A stretch of 64,000 nucleotides of DNA from an uncultured Chloroflexia bacterium (GTDB lineage: Bacteria; Chloroflexota; Limnocylindria; Limnocylindrales; CSP1-4). Below, one piece after another: positions 18,132 through 28,236 of the stretch. A program made the position numbers and the translations under genes. Within the stretch, counting starts at the first letter, position 1, and each line of letters starts with the position of its first letter. The notes below the pieces were generated by a model. It saw only the letters and a list, made by a program, of their open reading frames with translations, ran no database searches and was not told the origin of the DNA. The stretch is from assembly GCA_963841545.1 (NCBI GenBank), contig CAWJDE010000007.1:27764-91763 (forward strand). The letters run 5' to 3'.

Positions 18132-19588
18132 GCTCGATCCTCCGCGGGTCCGCGATCCGCCTCGGGCGACGACTGGGGTCCGGTGGACGGCTCGGGCTCG
18201 ATCGGGGCCTCTCGCTCGCCCCGTGCCTCGGGCTCTGCCGAGAGGCCGGGCCCAACCGGCGGCTCGGGCTTGGCGGGAACCTCAGGCTCGGCCGATACCA
18301 CGCGCTCGGCGAGCGCCTCGGGCTCGACGTTCGGGATGGTCGCGCTTGCCGGCTCGGCGTTCGGGTTGGTCGCGCCTGCCGGTTCGACGTTCGGGATGGT
18401 CGCGCCTGCCGGTTCGGCGGGCAGGTCAGTCGTCACGGCCGCCGCGGTGGGCGCCGCGACCGGCTCCAACGGTGCCTTCGCCTTCGCTCGGCTCGTGCGC
18501 CCGGCACGCCGTCGACCCTGCACGGCGCGATACTTCTCGCGAGCCGTCATCCCGGCACCATGGAGGACCGCCGCCGCGCCCACCCCGCCGACGAGGAGCG
18601 TTCCCGCGGTGTCGGCGGTCAGCGAGGGCATGAACGGAACGGGCGATCCTAGGCGCCGGTACGCCGGCAGCATCGAGTCCCAGAAGCGCGGCGTCACGCA
18701 GCCCACGCAGCCCGCACCGGCCCGGACGTTCCAGCTCAGCGCGTCGCCGTAGCGGGCGGTCGGGCAGTTCGCCATCGTCTCGGGCCCCTTGCAGCCGAGC
18801 TTGTACAGGCACCAGCCCTTCTGGGCACCCGCGTCCCCCCACGCCGTCGCGAACTCGCCGAACTCGAAGTGCGGCCGGCGCTCGCACTGGTTGTGGATCA
18901 GGTTGCCGTAGGCGAACAGCGGCCGCCCGCCGAGGTCCGCCGGCGGCAGGTTGCCGGCCGCCAGGTAGTGGACGATGGTCGCCGACAGGTTGACGACGTT
19001 CATCGGACAGCCGGGCAGCGTCACCAGCCGGGCATCGCCGATCGCCTGCCGAACGCCGGTGGCCGAGGTCGGCCCGCCCGTCGCACCCGGCACACCGCCA
19101 TCGAAGGCACACGACCCGAGCGCGATCGTCGCCAGCGCGCCGTCGCACACCTCGCGGGCCACATCGGCCAGGGGTCGCCCGCCGACCAGGCAATAGGCGC
19201 CGCCGGCGGCGGTCGGAATCGCGCCCTCGACGATCGCGATGTACCCGTTCGGATAGCGCTCCATGGCGGTCGTGCGCGCGACATCCACCGGTGCACCCGC
19301 AACCGCCAGCAGCGACTGGTGATAGTCGACCGACAGGACGTCGAGGAGCAGCGTCGAGACCGATGGGTCCGCGCTGCGCAGCATCGCCTCGGTGTTCCCC
19401 CCGCAGGTCTGCCCGCGGAGCCAGATCACCGGGATGCGGGGCGCCGTCTCGACGGCCCTGGCAATCCGCGGCGCATACGCGGCCGGCAGCGCGAGCGCGG
19501 CAGCCATCGCCGCGGAGAACCGGAGGAACGATCGACGGGTCATGCCACGCTGGACCAGCGCGGCGTACAGCCCGTCGTCTCCCATCAC
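18128..19588 (-). CDS. [NiFe]-hydrogenase small subunit with a Tat signal and a repetitive C-terminal extension
   Basis: A twin-arginine motif (TRRSFLRF), FeS-cluster Cys ligands (GQTCGGN, GSCA, CPTARYG, CVGCVTP), and about 110 extra C-terminal residues containing 3 x AEPAGATIPNVEP. It overlaps the large-subunit start by 4 nt. Confidence 0.9.
   Translation of the reverse strand: MMGDDGLYAALVQRGMTRRSFLRFSAAMAAALALPAAYAPRIARAVETAPRIPVIWLRGQTCGGNTEAMLRSADPSVSTLLLDVLSVDYHQSLLAVAGAPVDVARTTAMERYPNGYIAIVEGAIPTAAGGAYCLVGGRPLADVAREVCDGALATIALGSCAFDGGVPGATGGPTSATGVRQAIGDARLVTLPGCPMNVVNLSATIVHYLAAGNLPPADLGGRPLFAYGNLIHNQCERRPHFEFGEFATAWGDAGAQKGWCLYKLGCKGPETMANCPTARYGDALSWNVRAGAGCVGCVTPRFWDSMLPAYRRLGSPVPFMPSLTADTAGTLLVGGVGAAAVLHGAGMTAREKYRAVQGRRRAGRTSRAKAKAPLEPVAAPTAAAVTTDLPAEPAGATIPNVEPAGATNPNAEPASATIPNVEPEALAERVVSAEPEVPAKPEPPVGPGLSAEPEARGEREAPIEPEPSTGPQSSPEADRGPAEDRA
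18320..18420. repeat. in-frame tandem repeat of about 39 nt, 3 copies, inside the small-subunit 3' end
   Basis: The unit ggctcgacgttcgggatggtcgcgc(c/t)tgccggttcg recurs three times and encodes the PNVEPAGAT repeats. Confidence 0.7.
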
Positions 19589-19967
19589 GTCTCACTCGTT
19601 CCTTCGTCGCGTCGGGGGAACGCTCTCCCGGCAATGGCCGCGACAGGACCTGGGGACGCCGGTAACATCATCCACCCCCCGATGCGGCAGGCCACGAGCC
19701 ACAGGTCGCCGTTGGACATGGCGAAGGGCACCGGCAGAGGGCCCGGATGGCGGCCGGGTGGCCTGCCGCTCGGCAGGTCCGGGGCGGTCCAGGCGGCTCG
19801 TGGCGGGAACGTCCGCACCACGGCGGGGACACCGAGGGGGCGTACCGGCGGGACGGGCGGGACCGGCGGGACCGCTGGCCCGCCGCTTGCGCCGAGCGAT
19901 CGGTGGCCGGCCCTGTCCGGCGCCCTGCCTGCCCTTCCCCGCCGCCTGCCGGCCCGCGTCCGGCGGG

Positions 19968-22613
19968 CTACCTCAGGATGGCGAAGGCGTCGAGATCCAC
20001 CCGCGGATGCGTGCCCGTGCCGACGACGACCAGGCGCACGGTCCGCCTGACCGCCGTCGACCAGGTGCGCTGCCAGACCACGCTCCTCGTGAGCGCCGAC
20101 GACGCGTGCAGGTTGATCGTCGCGACGCGCCTCCCGTTCACGTAGATCTTCACCTTGCCCCGTCTCGGGGCGCGGGTCGTCACCAGCGCGATGGAGCGCG
20201 CGGTCAAGGTCAGCGTCGCGGACGCGCCGCCAGCCCTCGCATGCCTGACCGACCCGCTCGAGTACCCGCTCGCGGAGCTTGTGCGCCAGGTGCCGACGTA
20301 GTGGATCGCGGGACGCGTCTGCTGACGCAGGTCCGGCCGCACCACGGGACCGAGCGTCCAGGCGGAGGTGTTGCCCGCCAGATCGACGGCGCGGACCTCG
20401 AAGCGGACGCTCCCCGAGGAGCCGACGTTGAGCGCGAGCGACGGCGTCGCGACCCCGAACGCGATCAGGGTCCAGGTGTCCCCGCCGTCGACCGATCGGG
20501 CGACCTCGTACCTCGCGATCCCGGCACCCCCGGTGTCGGCGCCCGACCAGGCAAGCCGGATCGGCAGCGAGGTCCCCGACAGCCGGGCTCCGGTCCGCAG
20601 GGTCGCCTTCGGGGCCGACGCCGTGGGGGCGGTCCGATCGATCGCGACAGCGCTCGTCGTCGCCGTCGAAGCCGGGCCCACGTTGCCCGATCCGTCCTGG
20701 ACCGAGAGCGGGGCGAGCGACAGGGCCACGGTCCCCTGCGAGCAGCCGGTGACGTTGATCGCGTAGCTGGTCGACGCGCCGGTGGGTGCGCCGATCACGC
20801 ATCCAGTGGCGGAACCCGACGTGCCGAGGTCCGAGGCGGTCAGGCCGGTGACGGATTCGCTGAAATGGATCGAGAACCGGACGGTGGCACCGCCGTAGGG
20901 CGTGGCGGTGGTCGGCGCGAAGGTTTCGACCGTGGGTGGAGTGAGGTCGGGTGGCGCGCTGCCGCTCGGCGATGGGGATGGGGATGGGGACGGGGACGGG
21001 GTGGGGGTCGGCGACGCGGTCGGCGTGGGGGTTGGCGTGGACGTCGGGGAGGCGGTCGGCGTGGGGGTCGGGGCTGCCGAGGCAGTCGGGGTCGGTGACA
21101 GCGTCGGTGAGGCAGTGGGCGTCGGCGTCGGTGAGGCAGTGGGCGTCGGCGTCGGCTCGGGCATCGAGGCGGCGGCGTTGACGGCAGCGCCCGCGTCGAC
21201 GATCCCGGCGCCGCAGCCCAGCGACTGGCAGCCGCTGCCGGAGCCGTCGCTGGCGAAGGCGCGCACGTTGTCGACGAGCAACGACCGGACGGTGGCAGGC
21301 GACAGGCCGGGGGCGATCGCGAACAGGAGCGCCGCGACCCCGGCCACGTGGGGCGCGGCCATGCTGGTCCCCGATCCCCAGCCATAGGTCTCGGTCGACG
21401 GGCTCGTCGTCCCGTTGTTCCAGGTCGAGAGGATCGAGACGCCCGGGGCCGCGATCGTCACGCCGGCGCCGTAGTTGCTGAACGACGCGCGCTTGCCGGC
21501 ATTGTCGGTCGCCGCGACCGAGACCACGCCGTCGCAGCCGGCCGGCGAGTAGCCCGCCTCGTCAGCATTGCTGTTGCCGGCAGCCACCACGACCACGGCG
21601 CCGCGGCTGGTCGCATCGTCGATCGCCGACTGCATCGTGCTCCCGCAGCTGCCCGGGCCGCCCAGCGACAGGTTGAGCACGCGTGCGGGGTGCGCGTTGG
21701 CGGGCACCCCGGGCACGGTGCCACCGGCCGCCCACCGGACGGCCGCGGCGATGTCGGAGTCGTAGCCGCCGCACTTGCCGAGGACGCGGACCGGCAGGAT
21801 CGAGGTCGACCACGCGATCCCGGCCACGCCGGCGCCGTTGTTGCCGGCGGCGCCGATCGTGCCGGCCACGTGCGTCCCGTGCCATGAGGAGCTCTCGGCC
21901 GGACAGCCCTGGAAGTAGCCACTGGCCGATTCCGCCGTGGTCACCCAGTCGCCGGGGTCCGCGGGGTTCGCGTCGCGCCCGTCGCCGTCGTTGGCGATCG
22001 CCGGATCGCTGATGAAGTCGTAGCCGGGCAGCACCCGCGCGGCAAGCTCGGAGTGGGTCGTGATCCCGGTGTCGATGACGGCGACGGTCACCGACGCGCT
22101 GCCGGTGGTGGTGTCCCAGGCAGCAGGCGCGTCGATCCCGTAGCTGCCGAACAGGTCCTGCTGGTAGCCAGCGTAGTAGGTGTCGTTCGGGGTGAGATCG
22201 GCGGACATCCGCAGGTCGGGGGCGACCTCGGCCACCCCGCCGACACCCGCGATGGCGTGCAGGTCAGCCAGCGCCAGCGCGCGAGTCCGCGCGACCGGCA
22301 GCCAGTACGCCGTCGCATCGTCGCCCAGCTCGGCTGCCTTCCGGAGACCCGGGAGGGCAGCCGCCAGACGTCCCGTTCGCTCGCTCCGCGCCACCCCGCC
22401 GCTGCCCTGGCGCCACTGGACCACGACCCGCTCGAGCGGGACGTTCCCCAGGTTCCGCGCATCGACCCGGCCCGGCCCCACGGCAGCCACATCGCCAACC
22501 GGCATGGGTGCGCCGGCGACCGCGAGGGCAAGCACCAGCAGGGCGGCACCGAGGACGCGTGAGCTCAGGGACAAGGGCGTGGGACTCCGCTGCGCGGCGA
22601 CGGCCGCCGTCAT
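19968..22613 (-). CDS. secreted S8-family (subtilisin-like) serine peptidase with a Pro/Thr-rich linker and C-terminal beta-rich domains
   Basis: A signal peptide, the catalytic motifs [12 protein letters not shown] and [11 protein letters not shown], a PTPTAS linker, and a C-terminal domain of about 350 aa. Confidence 0.85.
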   Translation of the reverse strand: MTAAVAAQRSPTPLSLSSRVLGAALLVLALAVAGAPMPVGDVAAVGPGRVDARNLGNVPLERVVVQWRQGSGGVARSERTGRLAAALPGLRKAAELGDDATAYWLPVARTRALALADLHAIAGVGGVAEVAPDLRMSADLTPNDTYYAGYQQDLFGSYGIDAPAAWDTTTGSASVTVAVIDTGITTHSELAARVLPGYDFISDPAIANDGDGRDANPADPGDWVTTAESASGYFQGCPAESSSWHGTHVAGTIGAAGNNGAGVAGIAWSTSILPVRVLGKCGGYDSDIAAAVRWAAGGTVPGVPANAHPARVLNLSLGGPGSCGSTMQSAIDDATSRGAVVVVAAGNSNADEAGYSPAGCDGVVSVAATDNAGKRASFSNYGAGVTIAAPGVSILSTWNNGTTSPSTETYGWGSGTSMAAPHVAGVAALLFAIAPGLSPATVRSLLVDNVRAFASDGSGSGCQSLGCGAGIVDAGAAVNAAASMPEPTPTPTASPTPTPTASPTLSPTPTASAAPTPTPTASPTSTPTPTPTASPTPTPSPSPSPSPSPSGSAPPDLTPPTVETFAPTTATPYGGATVRFSIHFSESVTGLTASDLGTSGSATGCVIGAPTGASTSYAINVTGCSQGTVALSLAPLSVQDGSGNVGPASTATTSAVAIDRTAPTASAPKATLRTGARLSGTSLPIRLAWSGADTGGAGIARYEVARSVDGGDTWTLIAFGVATPSLALNVGSSGSVRFEVRAVDLAGNTSAWTLGPVVRPDLRQQTRPAIHYVGTWRTSSASGYSSGSVRHARAGGASATLTLTARSIALVTTRAPRRGKVKIYVNGRRVATINLHASSALTRSVVWQRTWSTAVRRTVRLVVVGTGTHPRVDLDAFAILR

Positions 22614-23042
22614 GCCGACGATCGTGCCCCGCCGGTCACGGCCATGGTATGGCCTGGAAGTTGGGTCGGAGTCCTGGGCCGATCACCGCGGAACCCTGCG
22701 CACGATCGCGGATCGCCGCCTCGCGCCCTGGCCGCGGGCACGCTCGACGGACGCGGCTCAGGCGACCAGCGCCGGGATGGCCGCCGTCTCCTCGATCACG
22801 AGCGCGTGCACGCCGTTCAGCAGGGTCCGGAGTCGGCTCCGCTCGTGATTCGGGATGTCGATGTCGACGATCGTCATGTCGCCGTCACCGCTCACGGGCC
22901 GCTCGGTCGCGGTCATCTCCACCGACGCGCGGGCGAGGAACTCGAGCGCGGAGCCAGCGTGGACCGCCGACGCGAAGGCCACGGTCAGGTGCAGCAGCGC
23001 GAGCCCCGGATCCGGCGATCCCACGATGATGACGATCCTCCT

Positions 23043-23076
<34 letters not shown>

Positions 23077-23743
23077 CTCGCCGCGATCGGCGGCGGAGCC
23101 TCCGTGAGCTCGGGCAGTCCGATCCTGGAAGGGCGCCCCCATCACTGCCGCCAATGTCCACCCGGTACGGATCGGCGACAAGGTACCGGTCGGGCACCTC
23201 GTTCGTGGGGTTGCGTGCGCGCACCACCCGGCGTCGTCCACGCTCGGCGGGCGGCCGCCATGCCATCCGGCCCGTCCTGCTACCCCTCGAACAGGGGTCC
23301 CCGATCGCCTGCCGGGCGTGTGGACTTCGGAGCCGTGGCACGGGAGGCTGGCAGCGCCCAGGGTGGAGGCCGGAAGTCATCTCGGGGGTGCAAACCCAAT
23401 GTCCGTCGCCCCGATGGCCGTCATCGAGCAGCCACTCGTTCCGTTCCAGATCCGGGTCCGGATCCGGATGCGACCCGTCCGCGCCGCGCTGGCAGTCGCG
23501 CTGCTCGTCATGGGCGCCCTGCTGACCGCCCAGCCCCTCACGTACGTCGTCGCGTTCGCACGCTGACCGGTGGTTGCGCGCCCTGGCGCGCTGGGCCGCT
23601 CGTCGACGTCCGGACGTTGCGCTCGGTGGCCGGCACTCGAACGGGAGTGCCCTGCGTTCTGGCGCGAGTGACCGGCGTTCGAGCGGGAGTGACCGGCATC
23701 CGCGCCCGAGCGACGATCGTGTACGCGGGGCGATGGTGAGCCG

Positions 23744-23819
23744 GCAGGGATTCGAACCCTGAACCTAGTGATTAAGAGTCACTTGCTCTACCGTTGAGCT
23801 ACCGGCCCGGACCCGCGGA
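23744..23819 (-). tRNA. tRNA-Lys (anticodon CUU)
   Basis: The reverse complement folds as a cloverleaf: GGGCCGG acceptor stem, D-arm GCUCAACGGUAGAGC, anticodon arm AGUGA-CUCUUAA-UCACU (CUU), T-arm CAGGGUUCGAAUCCCUG, then 3' CCGGCUCACCA with the CCA encoded. Confidence 0.85.
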
Positions 23820-23910
23820 AGGATAGCGCACCGTGCGGAGCGCGGGCGACCGCCGCCCGGCTCCGCGTCGCGTCCGGCTCCGCGTCGCGCGGCCCCGATC
23901 TGCGTCGGGC

Positions 23911-25443
23911 TTACTGGTTGTCGATCTGGGCGCGCTGGAGGCGGCCGCTGTAGTCGACGTAGATCGCCTTCCACTCGGTGAACGTGTCGAGCGCCGCGTG
24001 ACCCGCCTCGCGGTGGCCGTTGCCGGTGTCCTTCCAGCCGCCGAACGGGAGATGCGTCTCGGCACCCGTGGTCCCGGCGTTGACGTAGACGATGCCGGCC
24101 TCGAAGTCGCGCATGGCGCGGAACGCGGTGTTCACGTCCCGGGTGTACACGGACGCTGACAGGCCGTAGCGGACCTGGTTGGCCGCGGTCATGGCCTCCT
24201 CGTAGCCGTCGGCGGGCACGACCGACAGCACCGGGCCGAAGATCTCGTCCTGGGCGATGGTCGCCATGGGCGCGACGCGGTGGAAGATCGTGGGCGCGAA
24301 GAAGTGGCCGTGATCGAGATCGGCGCCGCTCACCGGGTGGCTGCCGGTCGCGCGAGCGCCGCCCGTCACCAGCTCGCCCTCCCGCCGGCCGATCGCGACG
24401 TAGCGCTCCACCTTGTCGACGGCGGCGGCGTTGACGAGCGGTCCGACGTCGATCGTCTCGTCCAGGCCGCTGCCCAGGCGCAGTCCCCGGACCCGCGTCT
24501 CGAGGCGTCCCACCAGCTCGTCGGCGATCGGACGATCCGCGATCACCCGTGAGCAGGCGGTGCACCGCTGGCCGGTGGTCCCGAACGCCGACCACAGGAT
24601 CCCGTCGACCGCGAGGTCGAGATCCGCGTCGCGCAGCACCACGACCGCGTTCTTGCCGCCCAGCTCGAGACTGGCCCGTGCCAGCCGCCGACCCGTGCGC
24701 TGCGCGATCCGCCGGCCCGTGGCCGACGACCCGGTGAACGAGATCACGCCGACGTCGGGGTTGTCGACGATCGCGTCGCCGACCTCCGCACCGGAGCCCG
24801 TCACGAGGTTGACGACACCCGGCGGGAAGCCGGCCTCGTCCAGCAGCTCCACCAGCAGCGTCGCGCAATGCGGTGCGTCCGAGGCCGGCTTGAACACCAC
24901 CGCGTTGCCGGCGACGAGCGCGGGCATCAGCTTCCAGCACGGGATCGCGATCGGGAAGTTCCAGGGCGTGATGATCCCGGCGATCCCGATCGGCTGGCGG
25001 ATGCTCATGGCCCACTTGTCGGGCAGCTCCGAGGGGACCGTGTCGCCGAACATCCGGCGGCCCTCGCCGGCCATCAGGAACGCGATGTCGATCCCTTCCT
25101 GGACGTCGCCCCGGGCCTCGGCCAGGACCTTGCCCATCTCGCGCGTCATCGCCCGGGCGAGCCGCTCCTTGTGCTCCGCCATCAGGGCGCCGAAGCGATA
25201 CAGGAGCTCGCCACGCTTGGGGGCGGGCGTCGCCTGCCACGCGGGGAGCGCATGCTCCGCGGCGCGGATCGCCATCGCCACGTCGGGGGCCGAGCCGGCC
25301 TGGAAGCGGCCGACGACATCCCGCATGTCGGCGGGATTGACGCTCTCGAAGGTGGCCCCGGACACGCCGTCCACCCACCGGCCGGCGATGAACAGCTGAT
25401 ACGTGGTGGGCGGGCTGGTGGGCGCGCTGGTGGCGTCGGACAT
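23911..25443 (-). CDS. NAD(P)-dependent aldehyde dehydrogenase family protein
   Basis: ALDH motifs are present: ELGGKNAVVV, catalytic Cys in GQRCTA, and FTGS. Confidence 0.9.
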   Translation of the reverse strand: MSDATSAPTSPPTTYQLFIAGRWVDGVSGATFESVNPADMRDVVGRFQAGSAPDVAMAIRAAEHALPAWQATPAPKRGELLYRFGALMAEHKERLARAMTREMGKVLAEARGDVQEGIDIAFLMAGEGRRMFGDTVPSELPDKWAMSIRQPIGIAGIITPWNFPIAIPCWKLMPALVAGNAVVFKPASDAPHCATLLVELLDEAGFPPGVVNLVTGSGAEVGDAIVDNPDVGVISFTGSSATGRRIAQRTGRRLARASLELGGKNAVVVLRDADLDLAVDGILWSAFGTTGQRCTACSRVIADRPIADELVGRLETRVRGLRLGSGLDETIDVGPLVNAAAVDKVERYVAIGRREGELVTGGARATGSHPVSGADLDHGHFFAPTIFHRVAPMATIAQDEIFGPVLSVVPADGYEEAMTAANQVRYGLSASVYTRDVNTAFRAMRDFEAGIVYVNAGTTGAETHLPFGGWKDTGNGHREAGHAALDTFTEWKAIYVDYSGRLQRAQIDNQ

Positions 25444-25488
25444 GGGGTCCTCTTCTGGCTCGACGTGCAGGTAGGTCAGCGGGTCGCG

Positions 25489-26724
25489 TCAGACGCGCTC
25501 GAAGGCCATCGCGACGGACCCGCCACCGCCCAGGCACAGGGTCGCCAGCCCGTACCTGCCGCCCCGCCGCTCGAGCTCGTGGAGCAGCGTCGCCACGATC
25601 CGCGCCCCCGACGCGCCGATCGGGTGACCCAGCGCGATCGCCCCGCCGTTCACGTTGACCTTCGACCAGTCGAAACCGAGCTCGCGCCCATCGGCCAGGA
25701 CCTGCGCGGCGAACGCCTCGTTGATCTCGATGAGGTCGTAGGCATCGGGTTCGAGGCCGGTCCTCGCCGCCAGCCCGCGGACACCCTCGATCGGCGCCAG
25801 GAACAGCCACCTGGGTGCCACCTCCGCCTGCGCATAGCCGACGATCCGGGCCAGCGGCCGCAACCCGTACTGCTCCACCGCGCGCTCCGACGCCACGATG
25901 GTGGCCGCGGCCCCATCGGTGATGCCCGGCGCGTTGCCGGCCGTGACGGTCCCAACGGTCGCCGTGCCCCGGTCCTCGCCCGACGGCAGCTCGAACGCCG
26001 GCCGCAGGCGGGCGAGCGCCTCGGGCGTGGTGTCGCGTCGCGGGCTCTCGTCGACCGAGATCACCGTCTCGCGACCCTTGGCGTCGCGGATCGTGACGGG
26101 CGCCATCTCGGCGTCGAACCGGCCGGCGTCGATCGCCTCGACCGCCCGGCGATGGCTCTCCAGGGCGAACGCGTCCTGGTCCTCGCGGGTCACCCCGCTG
26201 TGGATGGCGACCCGCTCGGCATGGGTGCCCATGTGACAGTCCTCGACCGAGCACCAGAGCCCGTCGAGGACCGTCGAATCCTCGAGGACCCCGTTGCCCA
26301 GTCGATAGCCGAAGCGCGCCCTGCGGAGCAGGAACGGCGCCTGGTTCATGGACTCCATCCCCCCCGCCACGAACAGGTCGCCGTCGCCGGCCCGGATCGC
26401 GGCGGCGGCCAGCATGATCGCCTTGAGGCCGGATCCGCAGACACGGTTGATCGTGGTGGCCGGCGTCGTGTCGGCGAGACCGGCGAGCAGCAGGGCCTGG
26501 CGCGCGGGCGCCTGACCGGCCCCTGCCTGGAGCACCTGGCCCATGAACACCTCGTCGAAGCGGGCCTCGGGCGGCAGCCCGGCGCGCTCCACCGCTGCCC
26601 GGATCGCCACCCCGCCGAGCTCCACCGCAGGCACGTCCGCAAGCGCGCCGCCGAACCGCCCGATGGGGGTCCTCGCGGCGCTGACGAGGAACGCCTGGGG
26701 CGCCCGCGGAAGGACTTCCTGCAT
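25489..26724 (-). CDS. acetyl-CoA C-acetyltransferase (thiolase II)
   Basis: I chose the start MQEVLPRAPQAFLVSAARTPIGRF. Thiolase signatures are NRVCGSGLKAI, GHPIGASGAR and ATLCLGGG. Confidence 0.9.
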   Translation of the reverse strand: MQEVLPRAPQAFLVSAARTPIGRFGGALADVPAVELGGVAIRAAVERAGLPPEARFDEVFMGQVLQAGAGQAPARQALLLAGLADTTPATTINRVCGSGLKAIMLAAAAIRAGDGDLFVAGGMESMNQAPFLLRRARFGYRLGNGVLEDSTVLDGLWCSVEDCHMGTHAERVAIHSGVTREDQDAFALESHRRAVEAIDAGRFDAEMAPVTIRDAKGRETVISVDESPRRDTTPEALARLRPAFELPSGEDRGTATVGTVTAGNAPGITDGAAATIVASERAVEQYGLRPLARIVGYAQAEVAPRWLFLAPIEGVRGLAARTGLEPDAYDLIEINEAFAAQVLADGRELGFDWSKVNVNGGAIALGHPIGASGARIVATLLHELERRGGRYGLATLCLGGGGSVAMAFERV

Positions 26725-26822
26725 GGTCGCGAGGGTACACCCGGCTCCTTTCGGCACCCGTCCGGCGCCGGCTACGATCGTGCTCCTGCCGGGGCTCTGG
26801 AGCGAAAGGGAATGCACGTCGC

Positions 26823-27260
26823 GTGACTGCGCTTGACGCGGGTCCGAGCTTCGGGCCGCCCCCCGGACCCAACGGCCCGGGCAGCACGCCGAAGGTCGCG
26901 ACGGTGCTCGTCTGCGACGACGACGCCTCCGTCCGCGCCCTGCTGGTGCGGGTCCTCCATCGTGCGGGCTACCTGGCCGTCCCGGTCGCCACCGCCGGTG
27001 AGGCGATCGAGGTCCTGGAGACGACGTCCGTCGACGCCGTCATGGCGGACCATCGGATGCACGCCATGACCGGCATCGAGCTGCACGGCCGGATCGCGCA
27101 GCGGCATCCCGGCCTCGGGTCCCGCTTCCTGTTGATGACCGGCGATCCCGAGGAGGATTCGGTCATCGCGTTCGCCCGGCAGTGGCGGCTCCAGGTGCTG
27201 GCGAAGCCGTTCGACCTGCGTCAGATCGCGGTGATCCTGGGCGATCTGCTGGCGTCCTGA
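26823..27260 (+). CDS. stand-alone response regulator receiver-domain protein (CheY-like)
   Basis: A D-D-D acidic pocket (VLVCDDDASV...AVMADHRM) and a conserved Lys (AKPF). It is divergent from the thiolase gene. Confidence 0.7.
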   Translation: MTALDAGPSFGPPPGPNGPGSTPKVATVLVCDDDASVRALLVRVLHRAGYLAVPVATAGEAIEVLETTSVDAVMADHRMHAMTGIELHGRIAQRHPGLGSRFLLMTGDPEEDSVIAFARQWRLQVLAKPFDLRQIAVILGDLLAS

Positions 27261-27273
27261 CCGCCGTCCTGCC

Positions 27274-28143
27274 TCAGCCGCTCCGCGGCGGATAGGCGTG
27301 GAACCCGCGGCCCGTCTTCTGCCCGAGGTGTCCCTGGGCGACCAGGTCGAGCAGGACCTGCGGCGGCGCGAACTGCGGCTGCCCGAACCCGTCCTCGAGC
27401 ACGCGCATGATCCCGAGGCACACGTCCAACCCGATGAAGTCCGCGAGCTCGAGCGGACCCATCGGGTGGTTGAGCCCCACCTTCGCCCCGGTGTCGATGT
27501 CCTCGGCCGTGCCGAGCCCCTCCTGGTAGGCGCGCATCGCCTCGGCCAGGAACGGCATCAGGATCCGGTTGACGATGAACCCGGGCCGGTCGGCCGACAC
27601 GATCACCTGCTTGCCCAGCTCGCCCGCGAGGTCACGGACCGCAGCCTCGGTGGCATCCGACGTCGCGGTCCCGCGGATCAGCTCGACCAGCGGCATGACC
27701 GGCACGGGGCTGAAGAAGTGCATCCCCACGAAACGCTCGCGCCGATCCTCGGCGACGGCGGCCGCGAGTCGATCGATCGAGATCGACGACGTGTTGGAGG
27801 CGAACACGGCGGGCCTCGGGGCGATCGGTTCGAGGTCGGCCCACAGGCGCGTCTTGACCTCGGCGTCCTCGAACACGGCCTCGATCACGAGGTCGGCGTT
27901 GGCGACCAGCTCCAGGTCATCGGTCACCTCCAGCCGTGCCAGCGTCGCGTCGCGGTCCTCCGGGGAGAGCCTGCCTCTGGCGACTGCGCGCTCGAGGTTG
28001 CCGGCGATCCGGTCGCGACCCGCCTGGGCGCGGGCCAGGCCGGGCTCGTACAGCGTCACGTGCTTGCCGATGGCTGCGTGGACCTGCGCGATGCCGTGGC
28101 CCATCAGCCCGGCGCCGGCCACGAACACCCGCTCGATCGTCAT
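27274..28143 (-). CDS. 3-hydroxybutyryl-CoA dehydrogenase (3-hydroxyacyl-CoA dehydrogenase family)
   Basis: A Rossmann motif (VAGAGLMGHGIA) and the 3HCDH signature NTSSISI...FFSPVPVMPLVE. Confidence 0.9.
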   Translation of the reverse strand: MTIERVFVAGAGLMGHGIAQVHAAIGKHVTLYEPGLARAQAGRDRIAGNLERAVARGRLSPEDRDATLARLEVTDDLELVANADLVIEAVFEDAEVKTRLWADLEPIAPRPAVFASNTSSISIDRLAAAVAEDRRERFVGMHFFSPVPVMPLVELIRGTATSDATEAAVRDLAGELGKQVIVSADRPGFIVNRILMPFLAEAMRAYQEGLGTAEDIDTGAKVGLNHPMGPLELADFIGLDVCLGIMRVLEDGFGQPQFAPPQVLLDLVAQGHLGQKTGRGFHAYPPRSG

Positions 28144-28236
28144 CGACGCAGCCTACGCCGTCGCGCCCGGCCCCGTCGGGATCGGCGCCGCGGGGATCGG
28201 GCCCGCGCCTCCCCGCTCGGGCGGCGGTCCGGCCGG

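Noticed and set aside
23765-26887. 1040-aa minus-strand ORF
   Set aside because: It is frame-shifted relative to the well-supported aldehyde dehydrogenase and thiolase genes on the same strand. It has no recognisable domains.
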